DNA of 64,000 nucleotides from Selaginella moellendorffii (Eukaryota; Plantae; Lycopodiophyta), in NCBI RefSeq assembly GCF_000143415.4, contig NW_003314324.1, positions 286,011 through 350,010 on the forward strand, read 5' to 3'. The first letter of the stretch is position 1; every line of letters starts with the position of its first letter. The notes beneath the pieces are model-generated. The model worked only from the letters and a program-made list of their open reading frames with translations. It did no database searches and was not told where the DNA came from. Positions 35,310 through 45,764 of this stretch are shown in pieces. A program made the translations under genes and the position numbers.

Positions 35310-37378
35310 CCATCCTCTCTCGAAAGAAAAGAGAGAACAAACTCTCCTGGGAATCGCTAGCTAGCTCGAAGCGCGACGACAACCAAGATTCCAATCGATC
35401 GCTCTGGGACCCTCTAGAGCCTGGAGCGCACTGGAGCGATCCAAAGAGCCCGAGTGGGGCATCTATATGATCGGGGGTGCCGGCCCAGAGTAAATGCGAT
35501 CGCTTCCTCTCTTTTTTTCAAACCGGAAAAAGGCAGCGCGAGAGCGCCAAGAGGAAGAAATCCAAAAAAAAGCGAGGAGGAGATAAAGGCACCAAAGGGA
35601 GAAAACAAGAACAAACAACACCAATGAATGATCCCACCCGTGAACCCAGCCTCCGCTCAAAATTCCCAAGAGAAGAAGGGTCGATCGATCGCTGGGAGAG
35701 AGGGAGCGAACAAAAACAAGAACTAGCTTTCAAGGGATTTTGCGATTCACGGGACCCGCATTGCCATCGCCCACCAATGGATCGATCGTCGACTCGATCG
35801 AGCCCAATAGAATAGAAGAAGATCACACAAAGAGGGAGGAGCCCTCTTCTCGCGAGTGTTCTTCTTCTTCTTCCTTCTTCTTCCTTTTGGGCGGTCTCGT
35901 TTGGCTGCTACTAATCAATGTCAATTCTTCGAAACTGCCCAAGCACTGTGGCCCCTGTGATCGATCCCACACTTACCTTGTGTGAAAAAGAGAGGAGGAA
36001 AAAAAAAAAATCTCTTCCCATCCCACCTAAAAAACACTCGTCTTGCTTCGCTCACTGCGCGTGTAAGTTCACAGCTCGTAAACTTCGCGTTCTCGACAGG
36101 GCGCCAAACCAAACGCATCAAACCCTCAAATGAAAATCCCACTCCCAAAGTGAGAGATTTTTACCCCCCGCACAAATTTACCCGCCAAGGAATATTCTCC
36201 TCCCTTGGTCCACGTGGGCGGGTCAAAACGCTGCCAGGTCAGCAGAGTGGCATATACTTTTTTAAATACGCGCAAAATCAATTGATCCGATTTTGGGACG
36301 TATGTCTACGAGTAGGTCTACTGTACAGGCTATAGTACTGTAGGGACCCCTGCCTTGTCTTTCCACTGGCACTTGCCTTAAAGAATGTGGCCTTAGCTTT
36401 GATCAAATGATTTTTCTATGGTTTGTTGCCTGGGCTATGAAAATCTTTTTGGCTAACGGTATGATAGAACCAACGCATTTAAATCGCGTGGTTTTTATAT
36501 CTTGTGGTTTGCAAAGATTGGAGGCTGACACAAGAACCCTAAAAGTTGCAGACTCCCAGATTCTTTGTGCCATAGAATCCGCGAAGCCAGCGCGCAGTGG
36601 GCATTTACTCGCTTGTCTTATCGAATTTATGTGCAGATTTTAAAAAGGAATTTGCCTCTATTTCTTGCACCGCCACCTTTTCAACGAAGATCAACATCCA
36701 ACGGGTACAGTCGAGAAAATTCTCCAAGAACGAAGTTAAGTTAAACATTGGTTGCGAAGTTGACAAGCTCTACTCTCGTTGTTTTGTCTTGAATGACAAC
36801 TCGTGCTAGATCATGGGCCTGAAATTTGATTGTAATTTGGCCCCAAAACCGGGGAACTGAAAAGAACGAAACACTTTCTCTCGATTCAAACAATCCCAGA
36901 CAAGAACACCAACATTTCAAACTGGCCTTTGAATTTGACAAAAATCTCTCGACAATGTGGTGTGTCGGTGCTTTCTCGGAGATCGATTGATTAGCATTAG
37001 TTTGAGAGCAAAGATTTGGACTCAAGCCACAAGACAGCGAAGAACTCTCGTGCTCAAGTTCAAAACCAGACAATCGATAGAAGAAAGCGAATTGTCCCAC
37101 ACATGGAACACCAAGTTGACTGTAATACAAATGTATTTTTGGTATTGTACGTATGTGTATGCTTTTGCGGGAAAAGTAGAATTAAAATAGTCGGGCGGAC
37201 GGTTTGAATTTGAATCCGTACTTGGCGCCTTCCGGGATTTAGAGCCACGGAAGAAGAATATAATCAAAAGCTCAAGAACAAAAGCATTATATCTTGTGAC
37301 AGTGAGGATCGATCGTTAGGCTGGCTAACGTACGTTGTTCCAGAGATAAAAATAATTTCCATCTAAAAGCTTTAGAAA

Positions 37379-37430
37379 TGGGGGTGCAAGGTGTCGAACC
37401 GAGTACCTCTTGCACTCAAACTACATCCGC
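37379..37430 (-). pseudogene. tRNA(Ala)-like relic / SINE-head fragment lacking the D-arm
   Basis: Reverse complement reads GCGGATGTAG-TTTGAGTGCAAGAGGTACTCGGTTCGACACCTTGCACCCCCA. It resembles plant tRNA-Ala GGGGATGTAG...TTTGCATGCGAGAGG..GGTTCGA..CC.TGCA.CTCCA with a B-box. Confidence 0.5.
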
Positions 37431-37616
37431 TTGACATACTAAATTTCCTACTAATTTGATTAAGAAACTTAGTTCCTACTAATTTAAATTAGAAACTTGA
37501 TAATAATCTACATTACTAATTTAATAGAGAAACTTAATATTTATCTTTTATTAATTAACTTACATTAGTGGAAAATAAAATAAAATTATGAATTAATCTT
37601 TTTACAAAAGTGATGA

Positions 37617-40019
37617 CTATCCATCTCGGTATAAATTCGATAGCAACACGTAAGGAGCAGTCTTCTTCTTGTTCGTGCTCTTCGTTACCATGGCTTCCAT
37701 CTCTTCCTCCTTCCGGATGAGCGAAGCCACCACTCGCTTCCCGCGCCTCTCATCGCCATGGATCCTACACGCCGCCAGCAGCGCCGTCCACGCCTCCCCA
37801 CCGCCACCGCCACCCCCGCCCTTGAGCAGCTCCTCCGCCGCCACCAAATGCCCAGCTCTCCCAAGAACATCCACCACCGCGTTCCAGTGATCCTCGCCAG
37901 CTCTCACCCCCCAGTCCGCCACCATCCCCGCCAAGTGATCCAGCGCCTCGCCGACGAGCCCGCCATGGTTGCAAGCGTGGAGCAGCGTCAAGAGCGTCAC
38001 CTCGTCGGGAGAGATCCCCTCCATCTTCATGTCCAGCAGCAAATCCACCCGCTCGCGCTCGCCGCTAGCGCTCGACTGGAGCATCACGTTCCAGGACACC
38101 ACGTCCCGCTCCGGCATCCCATCAAAAAGCGATTTTGCTGCGCGGAGCTTGCCTCTTTGAGCTGCCGCCACCACCATGACGTTCCAGATTATCATGTCTC
38201 GCTCCGGGATCTCCCAGAAGAGCTCCACTGCTCGATCGAAATGCCGGCTTCCAACGTAGCCGAGTAGCATCGAGGCCCAGGAGACAGTGTCGTGCTCGGG
38301 CATGAGCCGAGAGAACACCACCTCGGCCTCCTCCACGCAACCGTTCTCGGCGTAGCCGGCCACCATTGTGTTCCAGGACACGATGTTCTTCTCGGGCATC
38401 CGCTCAAGCACCGTCCTGGCATCGCCCAAGTTTCCAGTCCGAGCGTACGCCGCCACCATCGAGTTGCCCGAGATGGTATTTCTCACAGGCATTGCCTCGA
38501 ACAGCGCCCGAGCTCGCTCCAAATCCCCGGGGCGAGCGTAGGCTGCGATCATCGCGTTCCACGACACCAGGTCTCGGAGTGGCATCGCATCAAAAACTGT
38601 TTTTGCGCACTCCGCCATCTCGGCCTGCGCGTATCCGACCACCATCGTCGTCCAGGCCACCACGTCCCGCTGCGGCATCTCGTCAAACAGCCTCTTTGCT
38701 TCCTCCATCTCGCCTCTTCTTGCGTAGGCCTGGATCAAGGCCGTGAATGACACAACGTTCCTCCTCGGCATCCTCTCGAACACGTCCCTGGCTTGTTCTA
38801 CGTGACCATCTTGAGCATACGCTTGAACCATCGAGTTCCACGATACTGTGTCCGGTTGAGGCATCCGATCAAACGCGGCCTTTGCTTGGACAAGCTCGCC
38901 TCTCTCCACGCTCGACTGGAGCATCACATTCCAGGAGATGGAGTTCCTCTCTTTCATCTTGTCAAACAGCTCCCGGGCCTCCTCCACGCGACCGTGATCC
39001 GTGTACGCTGTGATGAGCGCGTTCCAAGTTACCAAGTTCCTGTCCGGCATCCGATCGAAGATGGTCTTCGCGTCTTCCAGGAAACCATGACTGGCGTAAG
39101 CGTTCATCATCGTCGTCCATGCGATCGCGTCGGGGCACTGGATTCTCTCGAACAAAGCTCTCGCTTCTTCCAAGTCTCCATTCTCGGCGTAGCCCTGGAG
39201 CATCGCCGTAGAGGCCACGACGTTCTCCATCGGCATCCTCTCGAACAAAGCTCTGGCCTCGCCAATCTCTCCTCCAGCAACGTAAGCCCGGATCATCGTC
39301 GTCCACGACACCGAGTCTCGCAAGATCATGCTCTCGAAAACCTCTCTCGCCAGATCAAGTTGCCCGTTTCCGGCATATCCCGCCACCATAGCGTTCCACG
39401 AAACCACATCCTTGAGCGGTATGCAATCGAAGAGCTTCTTTGCCTCCTCCATTTTTCCAGCCTTTGCATGACCCGTGATCATAGCGTTCCACGCGATCAC
39501 ATTCTTGTGAGGCATCGAATCAAACAGCTCTGTCGCTCGACACAGATCCCCCGCCTTGGCAAATGCGGCAACCACGGTTGTCCACGAGACGATATCCGGT
39601 GATGGCATCGCTCTAAACACTTCCATCGCTCTTTCCAAAAGCCCGCTTTTCACGTAGGCCTGGATCATTCCATTCCATGACACTCGATCCTTTCTGGGCA
39701 TGCTCTGGAACACGCATCTTGCTTGAGCAATATCCCCGTTTCGAGCATATGCCGCAAGGAGGATGTTCCACGACACCAAGTTCCTGTCGCTGATCCGATC
39801 GAACACCGCTCGAGCCTCCTCCACGCTGCCGCACTTCCCATACATTTCAATCACAAGATTCCACAGATGCAAGCTTTCTTTCAGGTCCCCGTTCCGTTCT
39901 ATTCTCGCATGGACTTTCCTCGCTTCGCCCAAGTTCTTCGAGTTGCCGTACAATTTGATGGACCGGACGAGAGAATTAAAATCGCCTTGCGGTGGAATCG
40001 CTGGGAATCCCTGGATCAT
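37617..40019 (-). CDS. PLS-type PPR dominated by ~20 tandem 31-aa (SS-type) motifs, truncated E region, no DYW; 800 aa intronless
   Basis: Regular 31-aa period ...MP.RDVVSWNAM..AYA..G.L..AR.LF. Ends W.ALLAACRIHGD...PYVLLSNLYRDG*. Confidence 0.92.
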   Translation of the reverse strand: MIQGFPAIPPQGDFNSLVRSIKLYGNSKNLGEARKVHARIERNGDLKESLHLWNLVIEMYGKCGSVEEARAVFDRISDRNLVSWNILLAAYARNGDIAQARCVFQSMPRKDRVSWNGMIQAYVKSGLLERAMEVFRAMPSPDIVSWTTVVAAFAKAGDLCRATELFDSMPHKNVIAWNAMITGHAKAGKMEEAKKLFDCIPLKDVVSWNAMVAGYAGNGQLDLAREVFESMILRDSVSWTTMIRAYVAGGEIGEARALFERMPMENVVASTAMLQGYAENGDLEEARALFERIQCPDAIAWTTMMNAYASHGFLEDAKTIFDRMPDRNLVTWNALITAYTDHGRVEEARELFDKMKERNSISWNVMLQSSVERGELVQAKAAFDRMPQPDTVSWNSMVQAYAQDGHVEQARDVFERMPRRNVVSFTALIQAYARRGEMEEAKRLFDEMPQRDVVAWTTMVVGYAQAEMAECAKTVFDAMPLRDLVSWNAMIAAYARPGDLERARALFEAMPVRNTISGNSMVAAYARTGNLGDARTVLERMPEKNIVSWNTMVAGYAENGCVEEAEVVFSRLMPEHDTVSWASMLLGYVGSRHFDRAVELFWEIPERDMIIWNVMVVAAAQRGKLRAAKSLFDGMPERDVVSWNVMLQSSASGERERVDLLLDMKMEGISPDEVTLLTLLHACNHGGLVGEALDHLAGMVADWGVRAGEDHWNAVVDVLGRAGHLVAAEELLKGGGGGGGGEAWTALLAACRIHGDERRGKRVVASLIRKEEEMEAMVTKSTNKKKTAPYVLLSNLYRDG

Positions 40020-40160
40020 TAATTTTCTACACCATCCCAGATATTACTCGCTCTGGCTTCACAATGGATCGCTAGAATCCAATATTTTCAATTGAGATTG
40101 TGTTTTGACTTTATACCTTTGGGTTTATAAATCGCCATTCATACACGAGAGATTGATTTA

Positions 40161-40916
40161 TTCGCAAGCCTTGGCAAGATCTATGGTCCGATCATCCACC
40201 TGAAAGGTGGAGTGGTGGACTACATTGTCATCAACTCCATCACGATTTGGAGTTTGCGTATCGCCCAGCTAGTAAGTTTGGCTATGGTTTCAAAGACATC
40301 AAATCACGAGCAGGCACTTGATGAGCAACACGAGGCTGGATGGTTTTGCGGGGATCTACGAAATGGAGATGGCGAAATCAATCAAAGCCATTCAAAGCTC
40401 TGGCGATCATGCTCGCGTCAACCTGACCGATGCAGTCGGCAAATTTATCTCGGATGCATTTTGTATGATTCTCTTTGGCAGCACAGAGGAGAGAGTTTTG
40501 GATCTGGTAGCCCAAATCGAAAAGCAAACACTCAACGTCAAGTCACAACCTGTCAAGCACTCGGACCTCGTCAACTTACCTTACATCGAAGCAATCTTCA
40601 ATTAAGTTTTGCGATTCCATCCAGTGGGAGCTCTTGGCGTTCCTCACCACAATCCATCCAAGGTAACAATCGCAGGCTACGACATCCCCAAGCACTGCAC
40701 CGTTCTCATCCCAAACGGTACTGGACGAGCCCGAGGTGTTTTGCTCGGAGCGTTTCCTGGGCGATCGAGCGAAATCCAACCAAGAGCGCATGATGCCATT
40801 CCCGGCATGCCGATAGCTTCCTGCGTGGTTCCTTTTGTGGTTGCAAACTTGCTCCATGCCTTTGATTGGAAGAGTGCAGGCGAGATTGATTTGTCCGAAA
40901 AGTCGGGAACTCCCTC
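40161..40916 (+). pseudogene. Cytochrome P450 pseudogene (multiply deleted copy of 43584-45086)
   Basis: Near-identical blocks to the intact P450 joined by deletions; in-frame stop; heme motif deleted. Confidence 0.9.
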
Positions 40917-41218
40917 ACATCCTTGAGAGGCATGCGATCGAAGAGCTTCTTTGCCTCCATGTGATCACTTTTTTTTGAGGCATCTCATCAAACGATCCGA
41001 TCGAACACCGCTTGGGCCTCCTCCACGCTGCCGCACTTTCCATATACAAGATTCCACAGCTGCAAGCTTTCTTTCAGGTCCCTGTTCCGTTCTACCCTCG
41101 CATGGACTTCGCCCAAGTTCTTCGAGTTGTTGTACGATTTGATGGACCGGACGAGAAAATTAAAATCGCCTTCCACTGGAATCGCTGGAATCCTGGATCA
41201 TTATTTTCTACACCATCC
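40917..41218 (-). pseudogene. PPR 5' fragment (copy of the 37617-40019 N-terminus) fused tail-to-tail with the P450 pseudogene
   Basis: GDFNFLVRSIKSY.NSKNLGE...DLKESL.LWNLV.YGKCGSVEEA and EAKKLFDRMPLKDV. Confidence 0.88.
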
Positions 41219-41629
41219 CTTATTATAATCGTTGTAGCAATATTGTGGAAAAGATCAAAATATTTATGAGCATCACATCACATGAATTTATCATGTTACA
41301 CAATTTTCAACTCACAATCTCAAAAAATCTTAAGAGATCTGTGAGTATCACATCACATCAAAACAATCTCACTTCATCAAGATAAAAAGACATGGTTAAC
41401 ATGAGAAATATGCCTAGAGCCGTACCTCCCATCTCCACCAAAAAATGGACTGTGGACAGAAATGATGACAATCCAAAAATTTAATCAAAACTCACATTGA
41501 GTGTGAACACCCCGGCCCTCTCTCAGAACCCACACCTTTGGATTTCTTACCCTTGTTATTACATCCTTTAAACTGGAAGCACAAATTTGAACCCGGTTTA
41601 TAAAGCTTCTCTCTCGCCAAGAGATTACC

Positions 41630-42510
41630 ATGGTGCTTTTGCTTTGCGGTGCTATGCTTGCTCTATACTTCATCCTTTGCAATGTGAGAACTCTTCGAAG
41701 ATTACCACCAGGTCCGATCTCTCTGCCAAAAGTTGGATCCATTTTCTCTCTAAGATATCTACTCCATCGCTGTTTCGCAACGCAAGCCTTGGCAAGATCT
41801 TTGGCCCGATCATCCACCTGAGAGGTGGAGTGGTGGACTACATTGTCATCAACTCGATCGCCATAGCCAGGGAGGTCTTGATCACTCGCGATTTGGAGTT
41901 TGCTTATCCCCCAGCTAGTAAGTTTGGAGAGTACTTCAGCTATGGCCTCAAAGACATTGACTCTTGGTCCAGTCCTGGAAGAACCTTAAGCAAATCACGA
42001 ACAGGCACTTGATGAGCAACACAAGGCTGGATGGTGTTGCGGGGATCTACGAACTAGAGATGGCAAAATCGATCAAAGCCATTCACAGCTCTGGCAATCA
42101 TGCTCCCGTCAACCTGACTGATGCAGTCAGCAAGTTTATCTCGGATGCATTTTGTATGATTCTCTTTGGCAGCATAGAGGAGAGAGTTTTGGATCTGGTA
42201 GCCCAAATCGAAAAGCAAACACTCAACGTCAAGTCAGAACCTGTCAAGCACTCGGACCTCGTCAACTTACCTTACATTGTCCTCACCACAATCCATCCAT
42301 CCCCAAGCACTGCATCGATCTCATCTCATACGGCACTGGGACGAGCCCGAGGTGTTTCGCCCGGAGCGTTTCCTGGGCGATCAAGTAAATCCAACTCGGG
42401 CATGCCAATAGCTTCCCGTGTGGTTCCTTTTGTGGTTGAAAACTTGCTCCATGCCTTTAATTGGAAGAGTGCAGGCGAGATCAATTTGTCCTAGAAGTCT
42501 GAATCTCTCT
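41630..42510 (+). pseudogene. Cytochrome P450 pseudogene (frameshifts, internal deletions)
   Basis: MVLLLCGAMLALYFILCN..LPPGP start; same large internal deletion as the 40161 copy; heme motif lost. Confidence 0.9.
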
Positions 42511-42870
42511 CGTGTTTCTGGCATATCCTGCCACCATGATGTTCGGCAAAACCATATCCTTGAGAGGCATGCGATTGAAGAGCTTCTTTGCCTCTTCCAG
42601 TTTCCAAGCCTTTGCATAACCTGTGATCATAGCATTCCATGTGATCACATTCTTATAAGGCATCGAATGAAACAGCTCCATCGCTCCTGCTTTGGCAAAT
42701 GCAGCTACCACCCTTGCTCATGAGACTATATCTGGGGATGATATTGCTTTAAACACTTCAAACACTCTTTCAAAAGCCTGTTTTACATGTAGGCCTGGAT
42801 CATTCCATTCCATGGCACTTGATCCTTCCTGGGCATACTCTGGAAAATGCATCTTGCATGAGCAATTTGA
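42511..42870 (-). pseudogene. PPR internal fragment fused to the P450 pseudogene 3' end
   Basis: VAAFAKAG..ELFHSMPYKNVITWNAMITGYAKA.KLEEAKKLF matches 39370-39790. Confidence 0.85.
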
Positions 42871-43583
42871 TTGAACACAACTTAACACAAACTATGGGAA
42901 TATTCTAAAAATATTTTATGATTTGGGGATTTTAGGCTAGCTAACCTAGGGTTACCTCATGAATATCTAGTGATAATATGTGATAAAGAGGACAAGACTT
43001 TTGATGATGTTGTCAGAAGGCAAAAATAAGGTTATTAAAGAGTCACATGCACTTTCAAAATTTAAATCAATTTAGTATCTATGATTACTGTTAGTACATC
43101 AAGCATGTCAAAAATTATTGTATGGTGGAATGGAAGTTATCATTTTGATGTTGTGCAACTAGCAGGTTAGAGTAGCCATAAAATTTGATGCCGCACAACA
43201 GAATTAATCTATTTGAGACAAAGAGTCATTTGCTGCTATAAAGGAATAATAATAATAATATGGATTTAGATTATTAGTCTCTCCAATATTTCAATTATTA
43301 AAACGATCGTCAAGACCGCCTTACTCTGTTGACAAAAGTTCTTACAAAAGATGTCTTTTAAGACTTAAGATTTGGTATAAGTATGGAGATGACAATAAAG
43401 TTGCTCATGCATTATATTTTTATAAATAATTGGACGATAGTTGACAATAAAAGATTTAAATAATAAACATACAACTCAATCTAAACACAACCTAGTATTT
43501 TCAAAACACATTTATTTTGATTGGATTGTGTTACCTTTTTAGCACAGGATTTGAAACCAGGACCTTTGGGTTTCACTCTCACC

Positions 43584-45086
43584 ATGGTGCTTTTGTTTTG
43601 CGGTGCTATGCTTGCTCTATACTTCATCCTTTGCAATGCGAGAACTCTTACAAGATTACCACCAGGTCCAATCTCTGTGCCAATATTTGGATCCATTTTC
43701 TTTCTAAGATATCCACTCCATTGCTGTTTCGCAAGCCTTGGCAAGATCTATGGCCCGATCATCCACCTGAGAGGTGGAGTGGTGGACTACATTGTTATCA
43801 ACTCGATCACCATAGCCAGGGAGGTCTTGATCACTCACGATTTGGAGTTTGCTTATCGCCCAGCTAGTAAGTTTGGAGAGTACTTCAGCTATGGCTTCAA
43901 AGACATTGCTCTTGCTCCATATGGTGAGTCCTGGAAGAACCTCAAGCAAATCACGAGCAGGCACGTGATGAGCAACACGAGGCTGGATGGTGTTGCGTGG
44001 ATGTACGAACTAGAGATGGCGAAATCTATCAAAGCCATTCATAGCTCTGGCGATCATGCTCCCGTCAACCTGACCGATGCAGTCGGCAAGTTTATCTCGG
44101 ATGCATTTTGTATGATTCTCTTTGGCAGCACAGAAGTGAGAGTTTTGGATCTGGTAGCCCAAATCGGAAAGCAAGCAATCAACGTGAACATTGGAAACTT
44201 GTTCCCAGCGCTGGATTTCCTGGATCTCCACGGAGTAAACAAGACAATGAAGGAAACTCTCATGCCAGAGCTGGAACAATTGCTAACACAAGTGATCGGC
44301 GCTCACAAGCAAAACAAGACGAGGATTGAGTCTCAAGGGGAGGAATTCGTCAGCAGAGATCTCACAGACGTGCTATTATCTCTCGAGTCCCTACCAGACA
44401 TATCAATCGTCGCACTGCTCACTGTAAGTGATACCACGCACTTTTCAGTCTGGAACTTACTCTTTGCACAGGATATACTTGTCGCTGGAGTTGACACGAT
44501 CAAGTGGACAGCAGTCTGGGCCATGGCCGAAGTTCTAAGAAATTCCAGAGTGATGGAAAACGCACAAGAAGAAGTAAAGAACACGATAGTGAAGTCACAA
44601 CTTGTCAAGCACTCGGAACTCGTCAACTTACCTTACATCGAAGCAATCTTCAAAGAAGTGTTGCGACTACATCCAGTGGGAGCTCTTGGCGTTCCTCACC
44701 ACAATCCATCCAAGGCAACACTCGCAGGCTACGACATCCCCAAGCACTGCACCGTTCTCATCAACATCTGGGCGATCGGGCACGACCCACGGCACTGGGA
44801 CGAGCCCGAGGTGTTTCGCCCGGAGCGTTTCCTGGGCGATCAAGCGAAATCCAACCAAGAACTCATGATGCCATTCTCTGCCGGGAGGAGAACTTGTCCG
44901 GGCATACCAATAGCTTCCCGCGTGGTTCCTTTTGTGGTTGCAAGCTTGCTCCATGCGTTTGATTGGAAGAGTGAAGGCGAGATCGATTTGTCCGAGAGGT
45001 CGTCTGGAACTCTCTCGTGTATGCCGGCGTCCGAATTGGTGGCATTCGCATCGGCAAGGCTCGAAACGTCTGTCTATGCCTGTTGA
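43584..45086 (+). CDS. Cytochrome P450, CYP71 clan (A-type), one 48-nt intron 44424-44471; the only apparently intact copy
   Basis: N-terminal TM + LPPGP, I-helix DILVAGVDT, EVLR (ExxR), PERF, heme PFSAGRRTCPG. The intron sits at the conserved A-type position before the I-helix. Confidence 0.93.
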   Translation: MVLLFCGAMLALYFILCNARTLTRLPPGPISVPIFGSIFFLRYPLHCCFASLGKIYGPIIHLRGGVVDYIVINSITIAREVLITHDLEFAYRPASKFGEYFSYGFKDIALAPYGESWKNLKQITSRHVMSNTRLDGVAWMYELEMAKSIKAIHSSGDHAPVNLTDAVGKFISDAFCMILFGSTEVRVLDLVAQIGKQAINVNIGNLFPALDFLDLHGVNKTMKETLMPELEQLLTQVIGAHKQNKTRIESQGEEFVSRDLTDVLLSLESLPDISIVALLTVSDTTHFSVWNLLFAQDILVAGVDTIKWTAVWAMAEVLRNSRVMENAQEEVKNTIVKSQLVKHSELVNLPYIEAIFKEVLRLHPVGALGVPHHNPSKATLAGYDIPKHCTVLINIWAIGHDPRHWDEPEVFRPERFLGDQAKSNQELMMPFSAGRRTCPGIPIASRVVPFVVASLLHAFDWKSEGEIDLSERSSGTLSCMPASELVAFASARLETSVYAC

Positions 45087-45541
45087 CACCGAGAACGTTG
45101 CCTTTGAAGGTGCTCTCGGCAGGCCATGGTGTTCGAATGATCATAATCACTTCATGTTCTACGAAAATCCCCTCTCTCATCCAAATGCCCGGTCAAGGCA
45201 ACTGCTGATACTAGCTTCGTCAACTATGCCCAACGCTACTAAGAGAAACCCTTTACAACTTACAACTTAGACACACCCAATTCTAAAACGTTTTCCTTTT
45301 CTCAAACCCCACCAGATGCCATCTTTGGGCATATGTTGCAAGTATGATGTTTCACGACGCTAGATAATACCCGAGATCAAACAACGCTGTCACCATTTTT
45401 ATACATTTCAATTAAAAGGTTGTGAAGAATCAAGCCGCAACTTGAGCATTTGTACAAGGGAGCTAAAAGTCGTCCTGCCCTGCGCTGGCGGTGGCGATGG
45501 ATCTACCAGACCCCTAACCCTAGTCCCGGGAGTAAATCGAG

Positions 45542-45700
45542 CTCGCCCATCATAGACATCACTGGGCTTGATGATCGATCGCGTCTCCGGGCTCATTGGC
45601 ACCTCCCGCCGCCTAAGCCAATCCAAGAGCGCCGAGCCTCGTCCGGGTCGGCGGCCCTGGAATTGGGGATTCTGGATCCCTCGCCGCCGGCGACGAAACG
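45542..45700 (-). pseudogene. Internally deleted fragment of the U-box-like gene at 51198-52007
   Basis: GSALLDWLRRREVPMSPETRSIIKPSDV and GSRIPN.RAADPDE segments match 51198-51640. The flanking 45090-45540 matches 50730-51197. Confidence 0.85.
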
Positions 45701-45764
45701 TCTGTCGACAACGTTGTCTTTGAATTGCGCGCTTCATGTTCTACGAAAATCCCATCTCTCATCC

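Noticed and set aside
43521-43583. 21-aa N-terminal extension of the P450
   Set aside because: Non-ATG start. The membrane anchor and paralogous copies begin at ATG 43584.
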